From the NCBI GenBank assembly GCA_937872895.1, contig CALMUP010000022.1, forward strand, positions 82,874 to 146,873: a stretch of 64,000 nucleotides of DNA, given 5' to 3'. The position numbers and the translations under genes are program-made. Positions 27,613 to 36,160 of this stretch are shown here, piece after piece (position 1 is the stretch's first letter; each line of letters starts with the position of its first letter). The notes beneath the pieces were generated by a model. The model worked only from the letters and a program-made list of their open reading frames with translations. It ran no database searches and was not told the origin of the DNA. Source of the stretch: an uncultured Verrucomicrobiota bacterium. Its GTDB lineage: Bacteria; Verrucomicrobiota; Kiritimatiellia; CAIVKH01.

Positions 27613-28464
27613 ATGCTGTTTTCGTCGAAGAAAAAAGAACAACAAAACCGCTACAACCGGCGTAAAACGCTTCCTCGTGCGCCGGTGTACACGATGCACG
27701 CCAAGGCGGCGGAGCAGCGCAACGAATCGATGCACAAGGTGGGAGCCATCCTGCTCGCGCTGGTTGCCCTCGGTGGCGCGATCTGGGTGGCCGTGGCCGG
27801 CGCCGAGCGTATCCGCGCCTGGTTATTCGTGGAGAACGACCAGTTTCTGATCGAGACCATTTCCATCGCTTCGACCGGCACCTTGAGTCCTGATCACATC
27901 CGCGAATTCGGCGGGATCACCGAAGGCCAGAACCTGTTCGCGGTGGACATCAAGGGGGTGCGTGCGCGCCTGGAGGCGGGACCGCTGATCAAGAAGGCCG
28001 AAGTCACCCGGCAACTCCCCGGCACCCTGGAGGTCCGGGTGCAGGAACGCATCCCGCTCGCGCGGATTCCCCAGGCCCAGGCCGGATTCTTTTTTGCTGT
28101 GGACGTGGACGGCAAGGTGCTCGGGTTGGCCGGTCGCAAGCACGGTGCGATGCCGATGGTGAAGGGATTCAAGGACCGCGGGCTTGCTCCCGGTGACTTC
28201 CTGCGCGATGGCGGGGCGATTGATGCCTTGCAGGTGATCGGGCTGTGCGACGGTACCATGCTCGGCCAAGTCATCCAGATCAGCGCGATCGATGTGGGCC
28301 ACCCCGATTACCTGGAATTGTCGTTGGCGAACGGCGTCAAGGTCCTGCTGCCGCGCAATCCACCCCGCAGCAAACTGGAGGACCTGGTGGTCTACCTGCG
28401 CGAGTCGGGTGGTCGGCTCAACTTCATTGACCTCACCCTCGACCGCAATGTTCCCGCCTCCTGA
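27613..28464 (+). CDS. ftsQ: Cell division protein FtsQ (POTRA domain)
   Basis: Basic cytoplasmic tail, a single TM (AILLALVALGGAIWVAV), and a POTRA-like region. It lies between ddl and ftsA. Confidence 0.7.
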   Translation: MLFSSKKKEQQNRYNRRKTLPRAPVYTMHAKAAEQRNESMHKVGAILLALVALGGAIWVAVAGAERIRAWLFVENDQFLIETISIASTGTLSPDHIREFGGITEGQNLFAVDIKGVRARLEAGPLIKKAEVTRQLPGTLEVRVQERIPLARIPQAQAGFFFAVDVDGKVLGLAGRKHGAMPMVKGFKDRGLAPGDFLRDGGAIDALQVIGLCDGTMLGQVIQISAIDVGHPDYLELSLANGVKVLLPRNPPRSKLEDLVVYLRESGGRLNFIDLTLDRNVPAS

Positions 28465-28473
28465 GACCCTGTC

Positions 28474-29682
28474 ATGGATATTCCGCCCATAGCTGCCGTC
28501 GAAATCGGTACATCGCGCATCCGTGTTGCCATCGGCGAGGTGCATGATGACGACCACCTGCAGGTGATCGGTGTGGGGGAATGTCCTTCGCGTGGCATCC
28601 GCAAGGGCGAGATCATCGACATGGATGCCGCCTTGTCCTGCTTGCGCATCGCATTGCACCAGGCGGAAGAGGCATCGGATACCCAAATCAAAGCCGTCTA
28701 TGTCCCGGTTACCGGCGGCCATGTCCAGTCCATGATCAACCGGGGCAGTATCCCGATCGTAGGAGACGAGCCGGAGATTCATCAGGAGCATATCGACGAC
28801 GTGCAGGAAATCGCCAAGGCGGTCAACCTGCCCAACGACCGTGAGTTGATCCACTCCATCTGCCAGTACTACTACCTCGATGATCAGAAAGGCGTGATCA
28901 ATCCGCTCGGCATGGAGGCGTCCAAGCTCGCCGTGGATGTGATGATCGTGCATGGCCACTCCGGACGGATCCGCAATCTCAACAAGCTCATGCGTTCGCT
29001 TCACCTGGATGTCGATGACTGCGTCCTGGCTGGTCTCTGCTCCGCGCTTGCCGTACTCCAGCCCGAGGAGAAGGAAAACGGGGCGCTGGTGATCGATCTC
29101 GGCGGGGGAACCACTGATTTCCTGGGCTATGCCGACAGCACCATTGCCGTGGCCGGTTCGCTCGCCATCGGGGGCGATCACATCAGCAACGATGTGGCCC
29201 GGGGCTTGCGCATGTCGATTCCGAATGCCGAACGGGTGAAGGAAGCCTCGGGCAGTGCCATCATCCACCTGGCTTCGCGCTTGCAGAAGCTCGATCTGCC
29301 GGGAGATACCGGTCCGGATGGCCGGGTGGTTCGGCTCGGTGATGTGCAACTGATCACCAGCCTGCGCGCCGAGGAAATCCTGACCATGGTCAAGTCGCAT
29401 GTGGAGGAGGGTGACCTGCTGCAACGGTTCGGCTCGGGCATCGTCCTCACCGGTGGTGGCGCACATCTGGACCGCATCGACGAGCTGGCTTCGAAAGTGT
29501 TCGGCATGCCGTGCCGGATCGGGAAGTCCCGTGATGTCAGCGGCCTGGCCACTACCGCCAACCGCCCGGAATACGCCACGGTGATCGGTCTGCTGCGCTA
29601 TGCGGCCCGGGCGGCGCGCCGCCAGTCCGGGACCGGTCGTTGGTCGAATCTGTTGCGTCGCATCCTGTCGGGGGAGGGCTGA
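28474..29682 (+). CDS. ftsA: Cell division protein FtsA
   Basis: Actin-fold motifs AAVEIGTSRIRVAIGE, VIDLGGGTTDF, LTGGGA. Confidence 0.9.
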   Translation: MDIPPIAAVEIGTSRIRVAIGEVHDDDHLQVIGVGECPSRGIRKGEIIDMDAALSCLRIALHQAEEASDTQIKAVYVPVTGGHVQSMINRGSIPIVGDEPEIHQEHIDDVQEIAKAVNLPNDRELIHSICQYYYLDDQKGVINPLGMEASKLAVDVMIVHGHSGRIRNLNKLMRSLHLDVDDCVLAGLCSALAVLQPEEKENGALVIDLGGGTTDFLGYADSTIAVAGSLAIGGDHISNDVARGLRMSIPNAERVKEASGSAIIHLASRLQKLDLPGDTGPDGRVVRLGDVQLITSLRAEEILTMVKSHVEEGDLLQRFGSGIVLTGGGAHLDRIDELASKVFGMPCRIGKSRDVSGLATTANRPEYATVIGLLRYAARAARRQSGTGRWSNLLRRILSGEG

Positions 29683-29684
29683 TC

Positions 29685-30893
29685 ATGAACGGAGGTCCGG
29701 CCGAACGGTTGTTTCAGCATCCCGATGTGGAACCGCGCACCCGCATCCTGGTCCTCGGTCTCGGTGGGGCGGGCTGCAACATGGTGGCCAACATCGCGGC
29801 GGGTTGGGAGGAAGGGCCTCCGGTCATCGCCGTGAATACCGATGCCCAGTCCCTGGCGGGTTGCGAGGCCCCCCGGGTGTTGCAGATCGGTCAAGCCGTG
29901 ACGAAAGGCTATGGCGCGAATGGCGACACCAACCTCGGTCGGATGGCCGTCGAGGAAAGCCTCGAGGCGATCAAGGAACTGCTCAACGGGATGGATATCC
30001 TGTTTCTGGTGGTGGGCTTGGGCGGCGGCACCGGCAGCGGCGGTGCACCGTTGATTCTTCAGGTGGCCCACCAGTTGAATATCCTGACCATCTGCTTCGC
30101 AACCAAACCGTTCGACTTCGAGACGGAAACCCGCCGTTTGCAGGCTGAGGAGAGCCTCAAGACCATTCAGCGTGCGGCCGATGCCGTCGTGGTTTTGCCG
30201 AACGACAAACTGATGGACCTGGTCGATCCGAACACCGGCGTGTTGGAGACGTTCCGTTTTTCCGATTCCCAGGTCGGCATGGCCATCCAGGGTATCTGGC
30301 ACCTGCTGGGGTTCCGCGGGGTGATCAACCTGGACATGGCGGATCTCCGCAACCTCGTGCAGCGCAGCGACGGTCTCTGTCATTTCGGCTTTGGCGAAGG
30401 CAGTGGCCCATCGCGCATACCGGCCGCAGTGAAATCGCTGATGGATTCACCCTACCTGAACAAGGGGCGCTCGGTGAGCGAGGCGGCAGCCTTGCTGGTG
30501 AACATCACCGGCGGGCCGGACCTGACCCTTGCCGATATGCAGGGTATCATGGGACAGATCAAAAGCCAGGCCCAGCCCGGTGCCACCGTTTATTTCGGCG
30601 CGATGATTGATCCCTCCATGCGCAACCGCGTAGCCCTGACCGCGATCGTCACCGATTCACAATCGATGAAACCCGCCCGCAATAAGCGCGTCACGTCGAT
30701 GGAGGACGATTTGGTTTCGGCTTCCTCCGCGAAAAAAGCGAAACCCATGGCGGCGACCGACCAGGGTGATCTTCCGTTCAAGTCCGAGGACAAGGGACGC
30801 TTCAGCAACAGCACGCCGACCACGTTCCGGGGCGAGGATCTTGATATCCCTACCTTCATCCGGCGGGGCGTGAAATTGTCGTTCGAGCGCTGA
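29685..30893 (+). CDS. ftsZ: Cell division protein FtsZ
   Basis: ILVLGLGGAGCNMV, tubulin signature GLGGGTGSGGAP, a long linker, and the C-terminal peptide DLDIPTFIRR. Confidence 0.9.
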   Translation: MNGGPAERLFQHPDVEPRTRILVLGLGGAGCNMVANIAAGWEEGPPVIAVNTDAQSLAGCEAPRVLQIGQAVTKGYGANGDTNLGRMAVEESLEAIKELLNGMDILFLVVGLGGGTGSGGAPLILQVAHQLNILTICFATKPFDFETETRRLQAEESLKTIQRAADAVVVLPNDKLMDLVDPNTGVLETFRFSDSQVGMAIQGIWHLLGFRGVINLDMADLRNLVQRSDGLCHFGFGEGSGPSRIPAAVKSLMDSPYLNKGRSVSEAAALLVNITGGPDLTLADMQGIMGQIKSQAQPGATVYFGAMIDPSMRNRVALTAIVTDSQSMKPARNKRVTSMEDDLVSASSAKKAKPMAATDQGDLPFKSEDKGRFSNSTPTTFRGEDLDIPTFIRRGVKLSFER

Positions 30894-30915
30894 CCCGTCG
30901 CGGCAGCGGCCGCGA

Positions 30916-31731
30916 TCATCCGGGTAGCGGATAGGTTGTCCATCGGCGGCCTGCGTACCTCCGGGCTTCGGTGAAACCGGCTTCCCGGGCAAGCTGCAAA
31001 GCCTCCTCGAATCCATCCCCGACCCGGTCAGGGCTGTGGGCATCGGAACCGAAGACAAGGCCGATACCGCGTTCGGCCGCCCAACGCAGCACGTGCCGTG
31101 AGGGATAAGCTTCACGGATGGAGTGGATCCAACCCGACGTGTTGATCTCGATGGCCATACCGGCCCGTGCGATCCGGTCGAGGGCGGGAATCGCCACGTC
31201 GGCAATTTGATCGGGATCCGACGGCATACCGAACCGTTTGGGCAGATCCGTGTGGGTGACCACATCATATAGTCCGCTATCAGCCAGCCGTCCTGTAAGG
31301 TCATAGTATTCCCGCCACACCTGTTCGGCGGGTCCTTCCGACAAGCCCCGCCGTTGCGGGTTGTTCGACCAATAGTCGCGGAAATGGATGGAACCGAGCA
31401 CGATATCGAGCGGATACCGCGCCATGAAGTCGGAGAGGAAAGCCTCGCACCCGGGAAAGAAATCCGCCTCGATGCCGAATCGGACGGTCACGGCAGTCAC
31501 CTCCCGGCGTGCCTCCTCGACATCGGCCACATACTGATCGAACGCGTCGAGGGTCATCCGGTGTTCCTGGCCGAAGCCGACATCGGTCGGACAGTGATCC
31601 GTCGAGGCGATTTCACGCAAACCCGCCACGGCCGCCGAACGCGCATAGTCAACCGTTCGCCCGGTGGCATGGCGGCACAATTCATGGTGGGTGTGGTAGT
31701 CGGGCAGCAGAGCGGCGATTGATGGATCCAT
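30916..31731 (-). CDS. PHP-family histidinol-phosphatase-like hydrolase
   Basis: DYHTHHELCRHA N-terminal metal motif, then …GSIHF…, …THTDL…, and GSDAH at the C-terminus. Confidence 0.7.
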   Translation of the reverse strand: MDPSIAALLPDYHTHHELCRHATGRTVDYARSAAVAGLREIASTDHCPTDVGFGQEHRMTLDAFDQYVADVEEARREVTAVTVRFGIEADFFPGCEAFLSDFMARYPLDIVLGSIHFRDYWSNNPQRRGLSEGPAEQVWREYYDLTGRLADSGLYDVVTHTDLPKRFGMPSDPDQIADVAIPALDRIARAGMAIEINTSGWIHSIREAYPSRHVLRWAAERGIGLVFGSDAHSPDRVGDGFEEALQLAREAGFTEARRYAGRRWTTYPLPG

Positions 31732-31795
31732 GCCGGTACGGTAAAGTGGAGAAGATTGTTATGTCAACGCAGGGCACGTCCTGCAGGAGTTCGAG

Positions 31796-32749
31796 ATGAA
31801 GGTGATACAATGTGCGGAATACGGTGGACCTGAGGTGCTTCAGCCCGCGGAGTGGCCGGATCCCGAACCCGGACCGGGCGAGGTACGCATCCGGATTCAT
31901 GCGGCCGGCGTGAACCCGGTGGATGCGAAGATCCGCAAGGGATTGCTCAAGGCACGGATACCCAACCAGCTTCCCCTGATTCCCGGCTGGGATGCCGCCG
32001 GGGTGATCGATGCCGTGGGGGACGGTGTGACGTCCTGGAAGCCCGGCGAACCGGTATTTGCGTATGCCCGCAAGCCGGTCATCCAGTTCGGCACCTACGC
32101 CGAATACATCGTGCTTCCGGAGGGGCAGGTAGCGCGGGCCCCACGACGGTTGACGCACGAGGAGGCGGCGGCGGTACCGCTTGCCGCGCTGACCGCCTAC
32201 CAGTCACTGTTCGGGGCGGGCCACCTGTCGGCCGGGCAAACCGTATTGATCCATGCCGGAGCGGGCGGAGTCGGTGGCTACGCGATCCAATTCGCCCGGT
32301 TATCCGGCGCGCGGATCATCGCGACCGGACGCGCGGAAAACCATGCCGTTATGCGCAGGCTGGGGGCCGACCATGTGGTGGACTACACCGTGACGGATTT
32401 CCGCGATGCCGTTCGCATGTTGTATCCGGATGGCATTGATCTGGCCTACGATACCGTGGGCGGTGACGTGCAGGTGAACAGCGCCGAGGTCGTGCGCCCC
32501 GGCGGAACCCTGGTATCCATCCTGGCCTTTCCCGATGAGGCCGCCATCGCCGCCCGCGGGGTGAATCCGCGTTACGTGTTCGTAGCGCCGAATACAGAGG
32601 AGTTGGCCCGGATCGCCGGCTGGATCGATGACGGCCAGGTTGCCGTGCGCCTCGCCGGTGTTCTTCCGCTTGATCAGGCCGCCGAAGCGCACCGGCGCAT
32701 AGAAACCGGCCGCACGTCGGGCAAGCTGGTATTGCGCATCCGGGTTTGA
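31796..32749 (+). CDS. NADPH:quinone oxidoreductase / zinc-independent MDR-family oxidoreductase
   Basis: GVNPVD, Rossmann HAGAGGVGGYAIQ, and C-terminal SGKLVL. Confidence 0.8.
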   Translation: MKVIQCAEYGGPEVLQPAEWPDPEPGPGEVRIRIHAAGVNPVDAKIRKGLLKARIPNQLPLIPGWDAAGVIDAVGDGVTSWKPGEPVFAYARKPVIQFGTYAEYIVLPEGQVARAPRRLTHEEAAAVPLAALTAYQSLFGAGHLSAGQTVLIHAGAGGVGGYAIQFARLSGARIIATGRAENHAVMRRLGADHVVDYTVTDFRDAVRMLYPDGIDLAYDTVGGDVQVNSAEVVRPGGTLVSILAFPDEAAIAARGVNPRYVFVAPNTEELARIAGWIDDGQVAVRLAGVLPLDQAAEAHRRIETGRTSGKLVLRIRV

Positions 32750-32781
32750 TCCCGACCGGATTCCTTGGCATAGTGCCGCCC

Positions 32782-33939
32782 ATGAACGAAACCGCGTCGA
32801 TCGATCTCTCCATCGTCATTCCGGCGTTGGATGAGGAACGTACCATTGTCAAGGCCATCGGACTCGCCCACGAAGCGATCGCCATGTCCGGTCTGAACGG
32901 GGAAGTGGTCGTTTCCGACAATGGCTCCACCGACCGGACCGTGGCGCTGGCCACCGAGGCGGGCGCCCGGGTGGTGAATGCCCCGAAGAAGGGCTACGGG
33001 TACGCCTTGCTCCATGGTTTCAAGCAGGCGCGCGGCCGCTACCTGGTCATGGGCGACGCCGATGCCACCTACGACTTCCGTGAAGCGGTGGCTTTCCTCG
33101 ACGATCTGAAGGCGGGCGCCGATCTCGTCATGGGCAGCCGGCTGGCGGGCACTGTGCACAAGGGGGCGATGCCATTCCTCCACCGCTGGCTCGGTACACC
33201 GGTGTTGAGCTTTCTGATCAACCTGTTCTTCCGGTTGCGCATCACCGATTGCAACTGCGGCATGCGGGCGATCACCCGGGCCGCCTTCGACCGGCTGGCC
33301 CTCGTCTCGGGCGGCATGGAATTCGCCTCGGAAATGATCATCAAGGCCGGATTGTACAACCTGAAGGTGACCGAACGTCCCTGCTCTCTGCATGTTGACA
33401 CGCGCGACAAGCCACCGCATTTGCGGACGTGGCGCGATGGCTGGCGGCATCTTCGGTTCATCCTGCTCTTTGCACCTCATATCATCTTCACCATCCCGGG
33501 TTGGCTGATGCTCGGGCTCGGCCTGTTGATCACCGCGCCGGTTTTGTCCGGGCCGCTGACCGTGGGTGGCCGGTTGGTGGATTTCCACTACCTGTTCTAT
33601 TCGATCCCGCTGGTCATCATGGGGTACCAGGCACTCTGGTTCGACCGGATGGAAGAGTATTACGTGCGTTTTGCCGGCTACCTGCCGGAGGAGCTTCAAC
33701 GCACGCGTGGCGACAAATCGTTCGTGCTGGAATTGTGGCTGATCATCGGTGCGGTCCTGATGCTGATCGGGGTCGGAATCCTTGGCGGTATCATTGTACG
33801 CTGGGTCATGACCGGCTATGGCGAACTCTCCAAGATTCGCCTGGGTGCGGGGGCCATGCTGGTGCTGATCATGGGTATGCAGACCATCATGAACGCCATG
33901 GTCATCAGCATGATGGACATCAAGGTTGATCGTCGCTGA
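32782..33939 (+). CDS. Family 2 glycosyltransferase with a C-terminal 4-TM domain (polyprenyl-phosphate glycosyltransferase-like)
   Basis: LSIVIPALDEE, DNGSTD, MGDADATYD, then four hydrophobic helices. Confidence 0.75.
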   Translation: MNETASIDLSIVIPALDEERTIVKAIGLAHEAIAMSGLNGEVVVSDNGSTDRTVALATEAGARVVNAPKKGYGYALLHGFKQARGRYLVMGDADATYDFREAVAFLDDLKAGADLVMGSRLAGTVHKGAMPFLHRWLGTPVLSFLINLFFRLRITDCNCGMRAITRAAFDRLALVSGGMEFASEMIIKAGLYNLKVTERPCSLHVDTRDKPPHLRTWRDGWRHLRFILLFAPHIIFTIPGWLMLGLGLLITAPVLSGPLTVGGRLVDFHYLFYSIPLVIMGYQALWFDRMEEYYVRFAGYLPEELQRTRGDKSFVLELWLIIGAVLMLIGVGILGGIIVRWVMTGYGELSKIRLGAGAMLVLIMGMQTIMNAMVISMMDIKVDRR

Positions 33940-35409
33940 TCACGGGCGCATGGCCGGTGGCCTGGCCCGCGCGGTGAACCAGTCGGCGATCCGCTGCTCG
34001 AAGCGCTTGATGCTTCCGTACAGGTGGATGCTCTGGAGGATGCGGGAAATCCGGCGGCGCGGATTCCGGGTGATCTTGCGCTGGATCGCCATGCTGGTGG
34101 CCCGGCAGCGGGTCTGCCCGTTCACGCCATCCCACATCGACACCGGCGGGTTCGGCATGTCCGGATGCTGCGCCCATTCGACCCACTTCATCACATCCGG
34201 TGTGCCAGGGTCTCGACCGGCGCGTTCGCGGTAAAGCCGCGAATCGTGGTGCAGGGGGAAGGGGTGCAAGGCGAATCGGGGGAATGAGAGGCCCGACAAG
34301 TGGCGGTAGATGCGCTCCGCCTCGCCCTCGGCGCGCTCATCAGGCCCCTGCAACCAGTAGATGACCTGGGCTTGCACGTTGTGCTTGGCCAGCGCCGCGA
34401 TCTGGCCGGCCAACGCTTCCACGGAGATGTCCACCCCGTACCGGGCCGCAAGGTCCGGGTCACAACTTGGCATGATGAACTCGATCCGGTGGCAGGCGTT
34501 TTCCCCGAGAGCTGCGATGATCTCGCTCTCCAGCTGCCGGGGAAACAACTGGATGGCCCAAGGCTGGGTATTCCGGCAGAGGATCAGTTGGCGGCACCAA
34601 TCCCTCAGTTGCTCATCCGTCCAGAAGGAGGGTGGGTCGGAAAGGTAGATCTCCGAGATGCCCTGGCCGGCACACTTCTGGAAAGCCTGAGCCATTGCCG
34701 CCAGCGACCACACCCGCAGCGGTTCATCCGGTTTGCCATACGGCAGGCTGGCCGGCCCGGGAGCCATGCCGCGGGATAGACGCACTTCGGCCCGCAAAGC
34801 CCGGTGAACGTCCTGGCTGGCATACGCGGACCAATCGACCCGGTACCACTCCGGCAGGCTCAAGGATTGCAGGCGTTCGATCCAGTGCGGATTCTTGGCC
34901 GGATCATCGGGTGTGATCAGGCCGGGCACCAGCTTGAGCCGGTGGGGAATGGACTTGTAGTCGAGCAGGTTGCGGAGAATGGCTTCGGCATCCCCGCGCA
35001 ATCCGTAATCAACGTGGGGAATCAGTCGGACGAGTTCGGGAAAGGAATCCGCAAAGGGGCCGCACACGATGATGGTGATATCCGGATGCTGGGTGTGGAG
35101 GTAGCGGGTGATCGCCCCGACGTGGCCGAGCGCCGACGTTTCGGCATGCACCACCGCCACCGATTCCGCCTTGTCATCCAGTGGCCGTCGCAGGGGCTCC
35201 AACGCATCGGCAAGGGAATCGTTCAGCCGCGTGTCGATGATACTGCAGGTGTGACCGGTCCGCTCCAGCAGGAACGATTGCAGGCAAACCAGGCTCCAGG
35301 TCGGGACAAACCGGACGGTCGCCCCGCCCGCCGCATCCACGATGATCGCGGAGGGAGGCGGATCGTGTGGCTGGATCAGCCAGATGTGCTTGAACAGGGA
35401 GCTTCGCAT
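33940..35409 (-). CDS. B12-binding-domain/radical-SAM-like protein lacking the CxxxCxxC cluster motif (probable pseudoenzyme)
   Basis: The overall layout matches B12-rSAM enzymes by eye: an N-terminal Rossmann-like half, …VDYGLRGDAEAILRNLL…, then …AEVRLSRG-MAPGPASLPYG… where SRGCPxxCxFC is expected. Confidence 0.5.
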   Translation of the reverse strand: MRSSLFKHIWLIQPHDPPPSAIIVDAAGGATVRFVPTWSLVCLQSFLLERTGHTCSIIDTRLNDSLADALEPLRRPLDDKAESVAVVHAETSALGHVGAITRYLHTQHPDITIIVCGPFADSFPELVRLIPHVDYGLRGDAEAILRNLLDYKSIPHRLKLVPGLITPDDPAKNPHWIERLQSLSLPEWYRVDWSAYASQDVHRALRAEVRLSRGMAPGPASLPYGKPDEPLRVWSLAAMAQAFQKCAGQGISEIYLSDPPSFWTDEQLRDWCRQLILCRNTQPWAIQLFPRQLESEIIAALGENACHRIEFIMPSCDPDLAARYGVDISVEALAGQIAALAKHNVQAQVIYWLQGPDERAEGEAERIYRHLSGLSFPRFALHPFPLHHDSRLYRERAGRDPGTPDVMKWVEWAQHPDMPNPPVSMWDGVNGQTRCRATSMAIQRKITRNPRRRISRILQSIHLYGSIKRFEQRIADWFTARARPPAMRP

Positions 35410-35417
35410 GGCACAAT

Positions 35418-36140
35418 CTAGAACCGGTCAGCCGGAACATCAACGATCTTCGGTGCCGGTTGGCGCGCGGCCCAGGGCCGTTTGCGGTGGATGATGTGTT
35501 CGGCCGCCACGCCGATCATGAACAGGCTGTACAGGAGAGCCGGAACCCAGACGATGGTTTTCCAGACCAGCGAGTCGGATTTCGCCCCGGTGGGATCCAC
35601 CATGGTCACGGCAAGGATCACTTGCGCGACGAAGACGGAAAGCAGGATGTGCCAGACGGCGCGGATGACCTCGTTGACCACGTACACCATGCCTTCACCT
35701 GGTTTCTCGAGCAGGGCCCACACCAGGCGGCGGACCGGGATCATGATGCACAGCACGGTCATGACCAGGTGGGTGTAGAAGGGAACCTCGAGCGCGAGCG
35801 CCGTGATGCTGAACCACAGGAACATCACGATCAGGGAGGCGATGATGCTCTGGATGGCAATGAAGAAAAGAGGGAACCAGTCGACCGAGCGATCCACCAG
35901 GCGCTGCGACCGCGCCGTGATACCGGCCGGCTTGCGGTGAAGCGCCACCACACTGTGCAGGGTCAGGAATAGCGACAGACCGACGCCGCAACTGGCCCAC
36001 AGCCACGGATTCCACCAGCCGATCAGTACATAGAAGAGCAGGGCGCAACCCGGTGCGACCATCGCCATGATCAATGCGACCCGGAGATGCTCACGAAACC
36101 GGTAGTGGCCAACATTGTATTCTCGGTAAAGAGCCAGCAT
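35418..36140 (-). CDS. Hypothetical 6-TM membrane protein
   Basis: Six hydrophobic segments. There is an 8-nt gap to the downstream gene and a 20-nt gap to the upstream permease. No family was recognised. Confidence 0.5.
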   Translation of the reverse strand: MLALYREYNVGHYRFREHLRVALIMAMVAPGCALLFYVLIGWWNPWLWASCGVGLSLFLTLHSVVALHRKPAGITARSQRLVDRSVDWFPLFFIAIQSIIASLIVMFLWFSITALALEVPFYTHLVMTVLCIMIPVRRLVWALLEKPGEGMVYVVNEVIRAVWHILLSVFVAQVILAVTMVDPTGAKSDSLVWKTIVWVPALLYSLFMIGVAAEHIIHRKRPWAARQPAPKIVDVPADRF

Positions 36141-36160
36141 GGTCGGTTATCCGGTCCGGA

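Noticed and set aside
27823-29466. 547-aa minus-strand ORF
   Set aside because: Antisense to ftsQ and ftsA, which have unambiguous homology.
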